Source: Gammaproteobacteria bacterium (lineage in GTDB: Bacteria > Pseudomonadota > Gammaproteobacteria > UBA4575). Taken from it: DNA of 64,000 nt. Position 1 is the stretch's first letter, and each line of letters starts with the position of its first letter. The stretch lies in the NCBI GenBank assembly GCA_965220875.1, contig OZ244849.1, positions 777,791 to 841,790 of the forward strand, given 5' to 3'. The notes beneath the pieces are model-generated. The model was not told where the DNA came from, searched no databases, and saw only the letters and a list, made by a program, of their open reading frames with translations. The translations under genes were made by a program, and so were the position numbers. Shown one piece after another: positions 37,646 through 46,491 of this stretch.

Positions 37646-38316
37646 TGCTGCGCCGGCCGGAACCCGAGTTGATGGACGACCAGGAGCAGGCGCTCGCCTA
37701 TGCCCAGGCCGATTTCGAGGTGACTCACAATGCCCTGCTGGGACATTTCCCGCGCGTATTCCCTGAGCTGTCATCCCCTCGAACGATCCTGGATTTGGGG
37801 TGTGGGCCGGCTGACATCTCAATCCGCCTCGCGCAGTTGTATCCTGACTGCAGGTTTGATGCCGTGGATGGCGCTGCATGTATGCTGCATCAGGCCCGGA
37901 ACAGAATAAAGGCAGCGGCACTGCAGGACCGGATCACGCTTTACCTGCAGCGTTTGCCGCACTGCGAGCTGCCGGAGCAATCCTACGAGGCCATCGTTTC
38001 GAACAGCCTGCTGCATCATCTCCACGAGCCCCGGCATCTCTGGTCCACGGTCCGCAAGTACGCCTCGAACAGGACCGCCATTTTCATCTGTGATCTGTAC
38101 AGGCCCGCGTCTGCCGCACAGGCCCGCGTCCTGGTGTCCCGTTATGCTGCGGGCGAACCCGACATCCTGCGCCGGGATTTCTACAATTCGCTGCTCGCGG
38201 CATTCACTCCAGGCGAAGTTCGTGAACAGCTTGACCGGGCAGGACTGGAAGGCCTGCGGCTAGAACAGGTCAGCGACCGGCACATGCTGGTACATGGATA
38301 CCTGCAGCAACCTTGA
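37645..38316 (+). CDS. Class I SAM-dependent methyltransferase
   Basis: 223 aa. The start ATG overlaps the lysA stop as TGATG. SAM motif I is ILDLGCGPAD. Confidence 0.8.
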   Translation: MLRRPEPELMDDQEQALAYAQADFEVTHNALLGHFPRVFPELSSPRTILDLGCGPADISIRLAQLYPDCRFDAVDGAACMLHQARNRIKAAALQDRITLYLQRLPHCELPEQSYEAIVSNSLLHHLHEPRHLWSTVRKYASNRTAIFICDLYRPASAAQARVLVSRYAAGEPDILRRDFYNSLLAAFTPGEVREQLDRAGLEGLRLEQVSDRHMLVHGYLQQP

Positions 38317-38432
38317 CGGCATCCCGGCGATGAGACCTGTCCGGGATAAAGTTGCACAGGCAGCACGTGAGGTAATATTCTTGAACCGGGAAGCATCTTC
38401 GCAAAGCATCGCATTAACCGGGGTGGACTCGC

Positions 38433-39263
38433 ATGCAGGTACGATTCGCAAAAATGCACGGTCTGGGGAATGATTTTGTCGTGTTCGACAGTGTTAACCG
38501 GGACCTGCAACTGAGCCGCGACCAGTTGCGCTGGGTGGCAGACCGGAGGCTGGGCGTAGGCTGTGACCAGATACTGGTAATACGGTCGGCCGGTGAGCCC
38601 GGTGCAGATTTTGACTACCAGGTCTACAACCAAAACGGCGAGGAAGCTGAACAGTGCGGCAACGGTGCGCGCTGCATCGGCAAGTTCCTTTCGCGTAACG
38701 GGTTCACAGGAAAAAGTTCGATTCGCATCCGGACAGTCAGTGGCGTGTATTGCGTGGAACTGCGCGAGGACGACTTGGTGACCGTAGACATGGGTGCTCC
38801 TGTCGTTGAGCCAGCGGATATCCCTTTTGCTGCAGCCAAGGCTTCACAACGCTATACACTCGAGGTTGATGGCCAGCCTGTCGAGATAGGAGCCGTGTCG
38901 ATGGGGAATCCACATGCCGTGATAGAGGTCGGGGACATCGAGCATGCACCGGTGGCTGAGCTCGGTCCCAGGGTCGGGAGCCATCCGATGTTTCCCCGTA
39001 ACGCCAACGTCGGCTTCATGCAGGTTGTGAATGAACGGCATGTCGTACTGCGAGTGTTCGAGCGGGGCGCAGGTGAAACCGGTGCTTGCGGTACGGGAGC
39101 CTGCGCAGCCGTGGTGGTGGGTCGTATCTGGCAGCGGCTGGATACGGAAGTTACCGTGCAGCAGCCAGGAGGCAGCCTGCTGGTCGAGTGCAGTGACCTG
39201 TCCGGTGCGGTCCGGCTGACCGGTCCGGCCGAACAGAGCTTTGAAGGGAGCCTGGAATTGTGA
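38433..39263 (+). CDS. dapF: Diaminopimelate epimerase
   Basis: Starts MQVRFAKMHGLGNDFVV... and has the two catalytic Cys regions (NQNGEEAEQCGNG, GACGTGA). Confidence 0.92.
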   Translation: MQVRFAKMHGLGNDFVVFDSVNRDLQLSRDQLRWVADRRLGVGCDQILVIRSAGEPGADFDYQVYNQNGEEAEQCGNGARCIGKFLSRNGFTGKSSIRIRTVSGVYCVELREDDLVTVDMGAPVVEPADIPFAAAKASQRYTLEVDGQPVEIGAVSMGNPHAVIEVGDIEHAPVAELGPRVGSHPMFPRNANVGFMQVVNERHVVLRVFERGAGETGACGTGACAAVVVGRIWQRLDTEVTVQQPGGSLLVECSDLSGAVRLTGPAEQSFEGSLEL

Positions 39264-39988
39264 CTGCACGCAATCCCCCGGATGTCACGCCTGAAGTTGG
39301 GGAATTCGACCGGGAAAAGCTTACCCGGGAAGAGGTGGAACACTACCTGCGCAACCACCGGGATTTCTTTGTCCACTCCCCCGGACTGATCGAAACACTC
39401 GCCATACCTCACGAAACGGGGGAGGCCGTGTCGCTTGTCGAGCGGCAGGTTACCATGCTGCGCGACAAGATCCGGGAACTCGAGAAGAAACTGGACCGGT
39501 TCATTGCCATCGCCGGGGAAAACGAGAAGGCAAGCCGCAGGTTGCATAACCTGGCCCTGAAAGTCATGCCCATCAATGGATTTGACGAGTCACTGGCCGG
39601 AATCTGCGAGCAGCTGCATGCGGAATTTCCGGGCACGTTCGTCAGGATACGCCTGCTGGATGCACTGCCTGCAACCGTTGTGCCGGACTGTGCCGCGATG
39701 GAGGCGTCCCTTCGCGGGTCCGGCCTGGTTCAGGAACTGTTTTCTGACCGGCACCAGGGTGTGGTATTTCTGAACGAGACTCAGATTGACGCTGTGTTCC
39801 AGCCCGGGCCAGCTGGCCAGACGGTTCACTCGGCCGCATCGGTGGTGCTGAAGAACTCCCGGCATCTCGGCGTGATGTTCCTGGGCAGCGCGGATGCGTG
39901 CCGCTACCAGAGGGGTATCGGCACACTGTTCCTGGAATGCCTGGGCGAGATCGTCAGCACCAAGCTGCAGCAATTCGCTTCAGGATAG
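39260..39988 (+). CDS. DUF484 (YigA-like) protein
   Basis: 242 aa. The GTG start overlaps the dapF stop as GTGA. It holds the conserved position between dapF and xerC. Confidence 0.8.
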   Translation: MTARNPPDVTPEVGEFDREKLTREEVEHYLRNHRDFFVHSPGLIETLAIPHETGEAVSLVERQVTMLRDKIRELEKKLDRFIAIAGENEKASRRLHNLALKVMPINGFDESLAGICEQLHAEFPGTFVRIRLLDALPATVVPDCAAMEASLRGSGLVQELFSDRHQGVVFLNETQIDAVFQPGPAGQTVHSAASVVLKNSRHLGVMFLGSADACRYQRGIGTLFLECLGEIVSTKLQQFASG

Positions 39989-40072
39989 GCTTTTGACTGA
40001 TTCTGTATTTTGCTTGCAACCAGTGGTACCGTACTCAGAGTCCGTTACTGAATCGTCAGGGTGTGCGAGGTC

Positions 40073-41008
40073 ATGAGTCAGCCGGATACCGAGGAGCTCG
40101 TTCAAAATTACCTGCGTTACCTGAGTGATGAACGCAGGTACTCCCCTGCAACAGTGAGCAGTTACCGGAGGGATATCCAGCAGTTTGTGGAATTCATCCT
40201 CGCAGCCGGTGTCAAGCACTGTTGTCAGGCGGACGCCCTGCATGTCAGGGATTTTGCCGGATCCCGCAGGAGGAAGGGTATTTCGGCCCGCAGCCTGCAG
40301 CGAGCCCTGAGCGCACTCAGGGGGTTCTACCAGTACCTGCAGCGCGAGCAGCAGGTAGGGCATAACCCGGCTGCCGAGGTCAGTGCACCCCAAGCCAGCA
40401 AGAAACTTCCTCAGCTTCTGGACGTGGATGAAATCCATCGCCTGCTTGCTGCGCCCTTGCAAGACCCGCTCAAGTTGCGGGACCATGCCATGATGGAACT
40501 GATGTACTCGTCCGGTCTTCGCCTGTCTGAACTGGTCAGCCTGGACATTGGAGACATCGACTTATCCCAGGGCCAGTTGCATGTGCTCGGCAAGGGCAAC
40601 AAGGTTCGTTACCTGCCGGTCGGGCGGGCCGCCTGCAAGTCTCTTGAACGCTGGCTTGCTGTCCGTGCCGGGAAGGCTGCTGAAAACGAGCAGGCCGTGT
40701 TCATCAGCCATCGTGGCCGCAGATTGTCCCCACGGGCCGTGCAGCAGCGCATGAAACGCCTTGGCAGTGAGCGGGGGCTTGACAAGCATGTTCACCCGCA
40801 CATGCTGCGGCACTCCTTTGCCAGTCATCTGCTGGAGTCCAGCAATGACCTGCGTGCCGTGCAGGAGATGCTGGGGCATGCCGATATCAGTACAACCCAG
40901 ATCTATACCCATCTGGATTTCCAGCACCTCGCAGAGGTCTATGACCAAAGTCACCCACGTGCCAGAAAAGGGACGTCCCGCGCCCGGCCAGATGCCCAGG
41001 AAGAATAA
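40073..41008 (+). CDS. xerC: Site-specific tyrosine recombinase XerC
   Basis: Shows the R...HxxR...Y catalytic pattern (..LRHSFASHLL.., ..TQIYTHL..) in the dapF-yigA-xerC synteny, so it is a chromosomal dimer-resolution recombinase rather than a phage integrase. Confidence 0.9.
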   Translation: MSQPDTEELVQNYLRYLSDERRYSPATVSSYRRDIQQFVEFILAAGVKHCCQADALHVRDFAGSRRRKGISARSLQRALSALRGFYQYLQREQQVGHNPAAEVSAPQASKKLPQLLDVDEIHRLLAAPLQDPLKLRDHAMMELMYSSGLRLSELVSLDIGDIDLSQGQLHVLGKGNKVRYLPVGRAACKSLERWLAVRAGKAAENEQAVFISHRGRRLSPRAVQQRMKRLGSERGLDKHVHPHMLRHSFASHLLESSNDLRAVQEMLGHADISTTQIYTHLDFQHLAEVYDQSHPRARKGTSRARPDAQEE

Positions 41009-41128
41009 GCGGCGTGAGACCGGTATAATCTGCCTGCAGTTTTTGCTAACCTGCCCCCTGTAAAGTGGGACCGGCGGATGCAACGTTCTGCAGTACCTTT
41101 CTTTCTGTCAGCAGGATCACTGGACAAC

Positions 41129-41662
41129 ATGGAACAATTCAAGGGCACTACCATTGTCAGCGTAAGGCGTGACGGCAAGGTGGCATTGGGCGGGGATGGC
41201 CAGGTTTCACTGGGGGATACGGTCATGAAAAGCAATGCGTGCAAAATCCGGCGCCTGTACGAGGACAAGGTCATTGCAGGTTTTGCAGGGGGTACCGCCG
41301 ATGCCTTTACCCTGTTCGAGCGATTTGAATCCAAGCTGGAACAGCATAATGGCCAGCTGACCCGGGCTGCCGTCGAGCTTGCCAAGGACTGGAGGACCGA
41401 TCGTCTCCTGCGCAGGCTTGAGGCACTGCTTGCGGTGGCAGACCGGTCCACGTCGCTGGTCATTTCCGGTAACGGCGATGTCATAGAACCCGAAGATTCG
41501 CTGGTGGCAATCGGTTCCGGGGGGGCCTATGCCCAGGCCGCTGCCCGGGCACTGCTGGACGACACGCAACTGAATGCCAGGGAGATCGTACAGAAGGCGC
41601 TGAATATCGCAGCCGGGATCTGTATCTATACCAACACGAATCTCACGATCGAAGAGCTTTAG
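41129..41662 (+). CDS. hslV: ATP-dependent protease subunit HslV
   Basis: Starts [25 protein letters not shown]... with an N-terminal Thr nucleophile after processing. 177 aa. Confidence 0.92.
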   Translation: MEQFKGTTIVSVRRDGKVALGGDGQVSLGDTVMKSNACKIRRLYEDKVIAGFAGGTADAFTLFERFESKLEQHNGQLTRAAVELAKDWRTDRLLRRLEALLAVADRSTSLVISGNGDVIEPEDSLVAIGSGGAYAQAAARALLDDTQLNAREIVQKALNIAAGICIYTNTNLTIEEL

Positions 41663-41688
41663 TATTTGTTTGCAAGAAGGGTTGGCAG

Positions 41689-43020
41689 ATGTCGAACATG
41701 ACTCCGCGAGAAATTGTCCAGGAACTGGACCATCACATTATCGGACAGGATGAAGCCAAGCGTGCCGTAGCGATAGCGCTGCGCAACCGGTGGCGGAGAC
41801 TGAAGTTGCCGGAGCTGTTGCGAATGGAGGTCACACCGAAAAACATCCTGATGATGGGCCCGACGGGGGTAGGAAAGACCGAAATCGCAAGACGCCTGGC
41901 ACGCCTTGCCCGTGCCCCGTTCATCAAGGTGGAGGCGACGAAATTCACGGAGGTCGGCTATGTCGGGAAGGAGGTCGATTCCATCGTGCGGGAACTGGTC
42001 GACACCTCGGTGAAAATGATGCGTGAACAGGAGGTTGAGAAGGTGTGCTTTCGTGCCGAGGAAGCGGCAGAGGAGCGCGTGCTGGACGCATTGCTGCCTG
42101 CAAGAAACGATGATGCCCCGGCTGAGGATCGTGCCGAGTTTGCGAGTGATACGCGGCAGAAATTCCGCAAGCGGCTGCGCGAGGGAGACCTGGATGATAC
42201 CGAAATCGAGGTGGATGTCGCGATTGCACCGATGGGCGTGGAAATCATGACGCCTCCTGGCATGGAGGAGATGGCCAGCCAGCTGCAGGGCGTGTTCCAG
42301 AACCTGGGCAGCGGCAAGAAGAGAACGCGCAAGATGCGCATTCAAGAGGCCATGAGGGTGCTGACCGATGAAGAGGCGCAAAAACTGATCAATGAAGACG
42401 AACTGAAGGCCAAGGCCCTTGAGAACGTAGAGCAGAACGGCATTGTGTTCCTGGACGAGATTGACAAGGTCACAAAACACGGCGAGATGAGCGGGGCAGA
42501 TGTCTCGCGGGAAGGAGTGCAGCGGGACCTGTTGCCCCTGGTGGAAGGCTGTACAGTAAGCACCAAGTATGGAATGGTGAAGACCGATCATATCCTGTTC
42601 ATAGCTTCCGGGGCATTCCATGTCTCCAAGCCCTCCGATCTTATCCCGGAACTGCAGGGCCGCCTGCCGATCCGTGTGGAACTGAAGGCGCTTACCACGG
42701 ATGATTTCGTACGGATACTGGTCGAACCTGATGCCTCACTCACGGAACAGTATGCTGCACTGCTGGCGACGGAAGGTGTGCGGCTCAAGTTCACCAAAGG
42801 CGGCATTCGCAGGATTGCCCAGATTGCCCATGACGTGAATGAATCAACGGAGAACATCGGCGCACGGCGGCTGCACACCGTGATGGAGCGTCTGCTGGAG
42901 CAAATCTCGTTTTCGGCACCCGATTCCAGAGGCAAATCCGTTACTGTGGACCAGGGTTATGTGGATGAAAATATTGGTGAACTGGTCAAGGATGTCGATC
43001 TGAGTCGGTATATACTGTAA
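41689..43020 (+). CDS. hslU: ATP-dependent protease ATPase subunit HslU
   Basis: 443 aa AAA+ protein. Walker [16 protein letters not shown]. Co-ordered with hslV. Confidence 0.95.
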   Translation: MSNMTPREIVQELDHHIIGQDEAKRAVAIALRNRWRRLKLPELLRMEVTPKNILMMGPTGVGKTEIARRLARLARAPFIKVEATKFTEVGYVGKEVDSIVRELVDTSVKMMREQEVEKVCFRAEEAAEERVLDALLPARNDDAPAEDRAEFASDTRQKFRKRLREGDLDDTEIEVDVAIAPMGVEIMTPPGMEEMASQLQGVFQNLGSGKKRTRKMRIQEAMRVLTDEEAQKLINEDELKAKALENVEQNGIVFLDEIDKVTKHGEMSGADVSREGVQRDLLPLVEGCTVSTKYGMVKTDHILFIASGAFHVSKPSDLIPELQGRLPIRVELKALTTDDFVRILVEPDASLTEQYAALLATEGVRLKFTKGGIRRIAQIAHDVNESTENIGARRLHTVMERLLEQISFSAPDSRGKSVTVDQGYVDENIGELVKDVDLSRYIL

Positions 43021-43065
43021 CTCCTGCCGGATGATTCAGGCATAAGAAACAAGGGTTTTCAAGCT

Positions 43066-43434
43066 TTGGCGAAAAGGGTCCCGATTGAAATCCAGTTGCA
43101 TCAGAAATCGAGAAAACTGGAAATTGAGTTCGATGACGGCAAGCGCTTCATGCTGCCCTGTGAGTACCTGCGTGTCTATTCACCTTCAGCGGAGGTGGCG
43201 GGGCATGGTCCGGGACAGGAGGTGTTGCAGATCGGAAAGGAAGATGTCGGCATCAATGCCATTGAACAGGTGGGCCATTATGCGATACAGCTGGTATTTG
43301 ATGATAATCATGATACAGGCATCTATTCCTGGGAGTACCTGTATGAACTGGGCATACACCAGGAACAGAAGTGGAAGCGGTATCTGGAACGGCTGGAAGA
43401 GGCAGGCCATTCACGCAAGGCTTCGAGTGAATAG
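43066..43434 (+). CDS. DUF971 / gamma-butyrobetaine-hydroxylase-like N-terminal domain protein
   Basis: 122 aa, ...DGKRFMLPCEYLRVYSPSAEV...YAIQLVFDDNHDTGIYSWEYLYELG... Confidence 0.75.
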   Translation: MAKRVPIEIQLHQKSRKLEIEFDDGKRFMLPCEYLRVYSPSAEVAGHGPGQEVLQIGKEDVGINAIEQVGHYAIQLVFDDNHDTGIYSWEYLYELGIHQEQKWKRYLERLEEAGHSRKASSE

Positions 43435-43529
43435 GCCTGCAACGCTGTCATCCGTCAACGCAGGTTCAGGTACCCGTACAGCATCCGGTTCGGAATAGCT
43501 AACCGTTCATACTGCCATCGACACATACC

Positions 43530-44279
43530 ATGCAGCAGAAGAATACCCATTTCGGCTATCAGGATGTTAGTCCTGAGGAGAAAACAAGTGAAGTCGGGAG
43601 GGTATTTGATTCCGTAGCGGACAAGTACGACCTGATGAACGACTTCATGTCGCTTGGCCTGCATCGCCTCTGGAAACGACAATTCGTACACCTCGCAAGC
43701 ATACGGCCCCATCACAGGATACTGGACCTCGCCGCCGGGACAGCGGATATTACGGCGTTGCTTGCCCCCAAGCTTGACAAGCAGGGCGGAGTGACTCTCT
43801 GTGACCCCAATCGGGCCATGCTTGAACATGGGAGGGCAAAACTGGTTGACAGGGGGCTGTTGAAAAACCTGGAATTCATACAGGCCATGGCAGAAAATCT
43901 GCCGTTCCGGGATAATCATTTTGACCGGGTTGTACTGGGCTTTGGCTTGCGGAACTTCACGGACAAGGCCCGGGCTCTGCAGTCGATGTACAGGGTGCTC
44001 AGACCCGGCGGACAGCTCGTGATCCTGGAGTTTTCCAAACCCGAAAAATGGTTGCAGGGCGCTTATGACGCCTACTCGTTCGGCGTGCTGCCAAGACTGG
44101 GCAGCGTGGTGGCCAGGGATACGCAAAGCTACAGGTATCTTGCCGAGTCCATCCGCATGCACCCTGATCAGGAAACCCTGCAGGCAATGCTGGAGACGGC
44201 AGGCTTCCAGGCGTGCGACTACCTCAATCTCAGCCTGGGGATTGTCTGCATTCACCGTGGCTACAAGCTTTCCGCATGA
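43530..44279 (+). CDS. ubiE: Ubiquinone/menaquinone biosynthesis C-methyltransferase UbiE
   Basis: Starts ...THFGYQDVSPEEKTSEVGRVFDSVADKYDLMNDFMSLGLHRLWKR.... SAM motif LDLAAGTAD. 249 aa. Confidence 0.92.
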   Translation: MQQKNTHFGYQDVSPEEKTSEVGRVFDSVADKYDLMNDFMSLGLHRLWKRQFVHLASIRPHHRILDLAAGTADITALLAPKLDKQGGVTLCDPNRAMLEHGRAKLVDRGLLKNLEFIQAMAENLPFRDNHFDRVVLGFGLRNFTDKARALQSMYRVLRPGGQLVILEFSKPEKWLQGAYDAYSFGVLPRLGSVVARDTQSYRYLAESIRMHPDQETLQAMLETAGFQACDYLNLSLGIVCIHRGYKLSA

Positions 44280-44893
44280 GCGAGTCCATGCTGGTCAGGC
44301 TGATAAATTTTTTTCTGCAAAAATATCTTGATTGTGACCCTGAAGTGGCCCGGCGGCTGCATGGGCTGGAAGGCTCAAACCTCGTGTTCAGGCTGAAAGA
44401 CCTGGACAGGGAGTTTCTTGTCATACCGCGCCAGGCCGGAATCGATGTCACGGAGTATCATGGTGGTGAACCAGATGGGACTGCCACATGGGTTGAAACG
44501 GACATGCAGGCCCTCGCCAGTGCCGTGCTGTGCAAGGCATGCGAGTCGATGCTGGAGGATGGCACCCTGCATGTGGTGCGGGGCGATCCTGGGCCGGCAA
44601 GGCAGCTCGCTGCGGTGCTGGATGCGATTGAAATGGACTGGGAAGAACTCGCTTCAGCCTATCTGGGTGACCTTCCTGCACACCAGCTCGGCTCATGGCT
44701 GCGCAAGGCCCGGCAATACAAGCGCCGTTCCCTGGAAAATTTCATGTCCGATGTGAGCGAGTTTCTGCAGGAAGAATCCAGGATCTTGCCTGCAAGGGCG
44801 GAAATGGAGCGGTACCTGGAAGACACGGAAGAGCTGGATGCCGCCCTGGCCCGCCTTGAAAACCGAATCCGCCGTTTGACTGAAGCAGACTGA
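44276..44893 (+). CDS. ubiJ: Ubiquinone biosynthesis accessory factor UbiJ (SCP2 domain)
   Basis: The ATG overlaps the ubiE stop as ATGA. About 205 aa, located between ubiE and ubiB. Confidence 0.78.
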   Translation: MSESMLVRLINFFLQKYLDCDPEVARRLHGLEGSNLVFRLKDLDREFLVIPRQAGIDVTEYHGGEPDGTATWVETDMQALASAVLCKACESMLEDGTLHVVRGDPGPARQLAAVLDAIEMDWEELASAYLGDLPAHQLGSWLRKARQYKRRSLENFMSDVSEFLQEESRILPARAEMERYLEDTEELDAALARLENRIRRLTEAD

Positions 44894-44895
44894 TC

Positions 44896-46467
44896 ATGCG
44901 CTACGTACGGCTGTTGTTCAGGATCCTGCATATCAACCTGGTATTTGTCCGGCATGGACTGGAAGAAGTCCTTTTTGCCGTTCCCTACTTTCGACCGATC
45001 CGGTTCCTGCTTTTCATGTTGCCATGGCGCTGGTTCAGGAAAGTGGAAATTCCCTTGGGCATCCGGATTCGCAATGCACTGGAGGACCTTGGCCCGATCT
45101 TCGTAAAGTTCGGACAGACCTTGTCTACACGCCGGGACCTGCTTCCGGAAGACATCGCCGATGAACTGGCCAAGCTTCAGGATCGTGTTCCGCCATTTTC
45201 GGGGAAAATCGCGCGCGAGATAATTGAGCAGGCCCTCGAGAAACCGGTAGATAAGGCCTTTGAGCAATTCGACGTGGTACCCATGGCCTCCGCCTCGATC
45301 GCCCAGGTACATGCCGCCAGGCTTCATGATGGAGTGGAAGTCGTGGTAAAGGTGCTGCGGCCGGGTGTAGAGAAACATGTGCGTCAGGACCTGGAACTTT
45401 TGCATGTCCTTGCGGCCATCATGCACCGCTACTGGAAAAATGCGCGCATGCTGCAGCCTCGGGAAGTCGTACGTGAGTTCGAGCGGGTTCTTCTGGATGA
45501 ACTGGATCTCATGCGGGAAGCAGCCAATGCCAGCCAGCTGCGCAGGAATTTTGAAAAATCTTCCGAGTTGTACGTGCCGGAGGTCTACTTTGACCTGTGC
45601 CGGCGCAACGTGATGGTCCAGGAGCGCATCTACGGTATTCCGATCAGCGACATCGAGGTGCTGCGGGAGCATGGCGTGAACCTGAAAAAGCTCTCGGAAC
45701 GCGGATGCCGGATATTTTTCACGCAGGTATTCAAGCACAATTTTTTTCATGGCGACATGCATCCTGGCAATATCTTCGTCTCCTATGAGCACCCGGAAGA
45801 TCCCACATTCATCAGCGTGGACTTTGGCGTGATCGGCACGCTCACCAAGTCGGACCGGAAATACCTGGCGGAAAATCTTGTCGCTTTTTTCGATCGTGAC
45901 TACCAGAGGGTTGCAGAATTGCACCTGGAATCCGGCTGGGTACCGCCCGACGTCCAGGTGGAACAGCTTGAGTCGGTGATCCGGACGGTGTGCGAACCTG
46001 TTTTTCAGCGACCGCTGAGCGAGATATCCTTCGGCAACCTGCTGGTCCGTCTGTTCCAGACTGCCAGGCGTTTCAACATGAAGGTGCAGCCCCAGCTGGT
46101 ACTGCTGGAAAAGACCATGTTGAGTATAGAGGGCTTGAGCCGTCAGCTGGATCCGGAGCTCAATCTGTGGGATACGGCCAAGCCTTTCATGGAGCGCTGG
46201 ATGAGTGAACAGGTTGGCGTGCGAGCACTGGCTCTGGGGATGAAAAGGCAGTTACCCCTGATTGCCGAACGCCTGCCGGGCATTACCGATCTTGTCTATT
46301 CGAGTGTCAAGAAGTTCGAGCAGAATCAGGGCAGGCTCGAGCAGTACAGCCGTGAACTGGAAGCGCTCCGATGGGAAGTCAGGAAATCAAACCGTAATGT
46401 GGTGCTCATCCTGGTCCTCATACTGGCATTTGCCCTGCTGGGGCTTTGGTATTTTCAGTTTTCCTGA
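44896..46467 (+). CDS. ubiB: Ubiquinone biosynthesis regulatory protein kinase UbiB
   Basis: 523 aa ABC1/ADCK kinase-like (..ASASIAQVHAARL..), with two C-terminal TM helices. Confidence 0.92.
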   Translation: MRYVRLLFRILHINLVFVRHGLEEVLFAVPYFRPIRFLLFMLPWRWFRKVEIPLGIRIRNALEDLGPIFVKFGQTLSTRRDLLPEDIADELAKLQDRVPPFSGKIAREIIEQALEKPVDKAFEQFDVVPMASASIAQVHAARLHDGVEVVVKVLRPGVEKHVRQDLELLHVLAAIMHRYWKNARMLQPREVVREFERVLLDELDLMREAANASQLRRNFEKSSELYVPEVYFDLCRRNVMVQERIYGIPISDIEVLREHGVNLKKLSERGCRIFFTQVFKHNFFHGDMHPGNIFVSYEHPEDPTFISVDFGVIGTLTKSDRKYLAENLVAFFDRDYQRVAELHLESGWVPPDVQVEQLESVIRTVCEPVFQRPLSEISFGNLLVRLFQTARRFNMKVQPQLVLLEKTMLSIEGLSRQLDPELNLWDTAKPFMERWMSEQVGVRALALGMKRQLPLIAERLPGITDLVYSSVKKFEQNQGRLEQYSRELEALRWEVRKSNRNVVLILVLILAFALLGLWYFQFS

Positions 46468-46491
46468 ACAGGTTGCATTTTCTGCGGACCG

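Noticed and set aside
40073-41008. The tyrosine recombinase as a marker of an integrated mobile element
   Set aside because: It sits in the conserved dapF-DUF484-xerC housekeeping context. There are no flanking tRNA, direct repeats, phage or IS genes. It is the chromosomal XerC.
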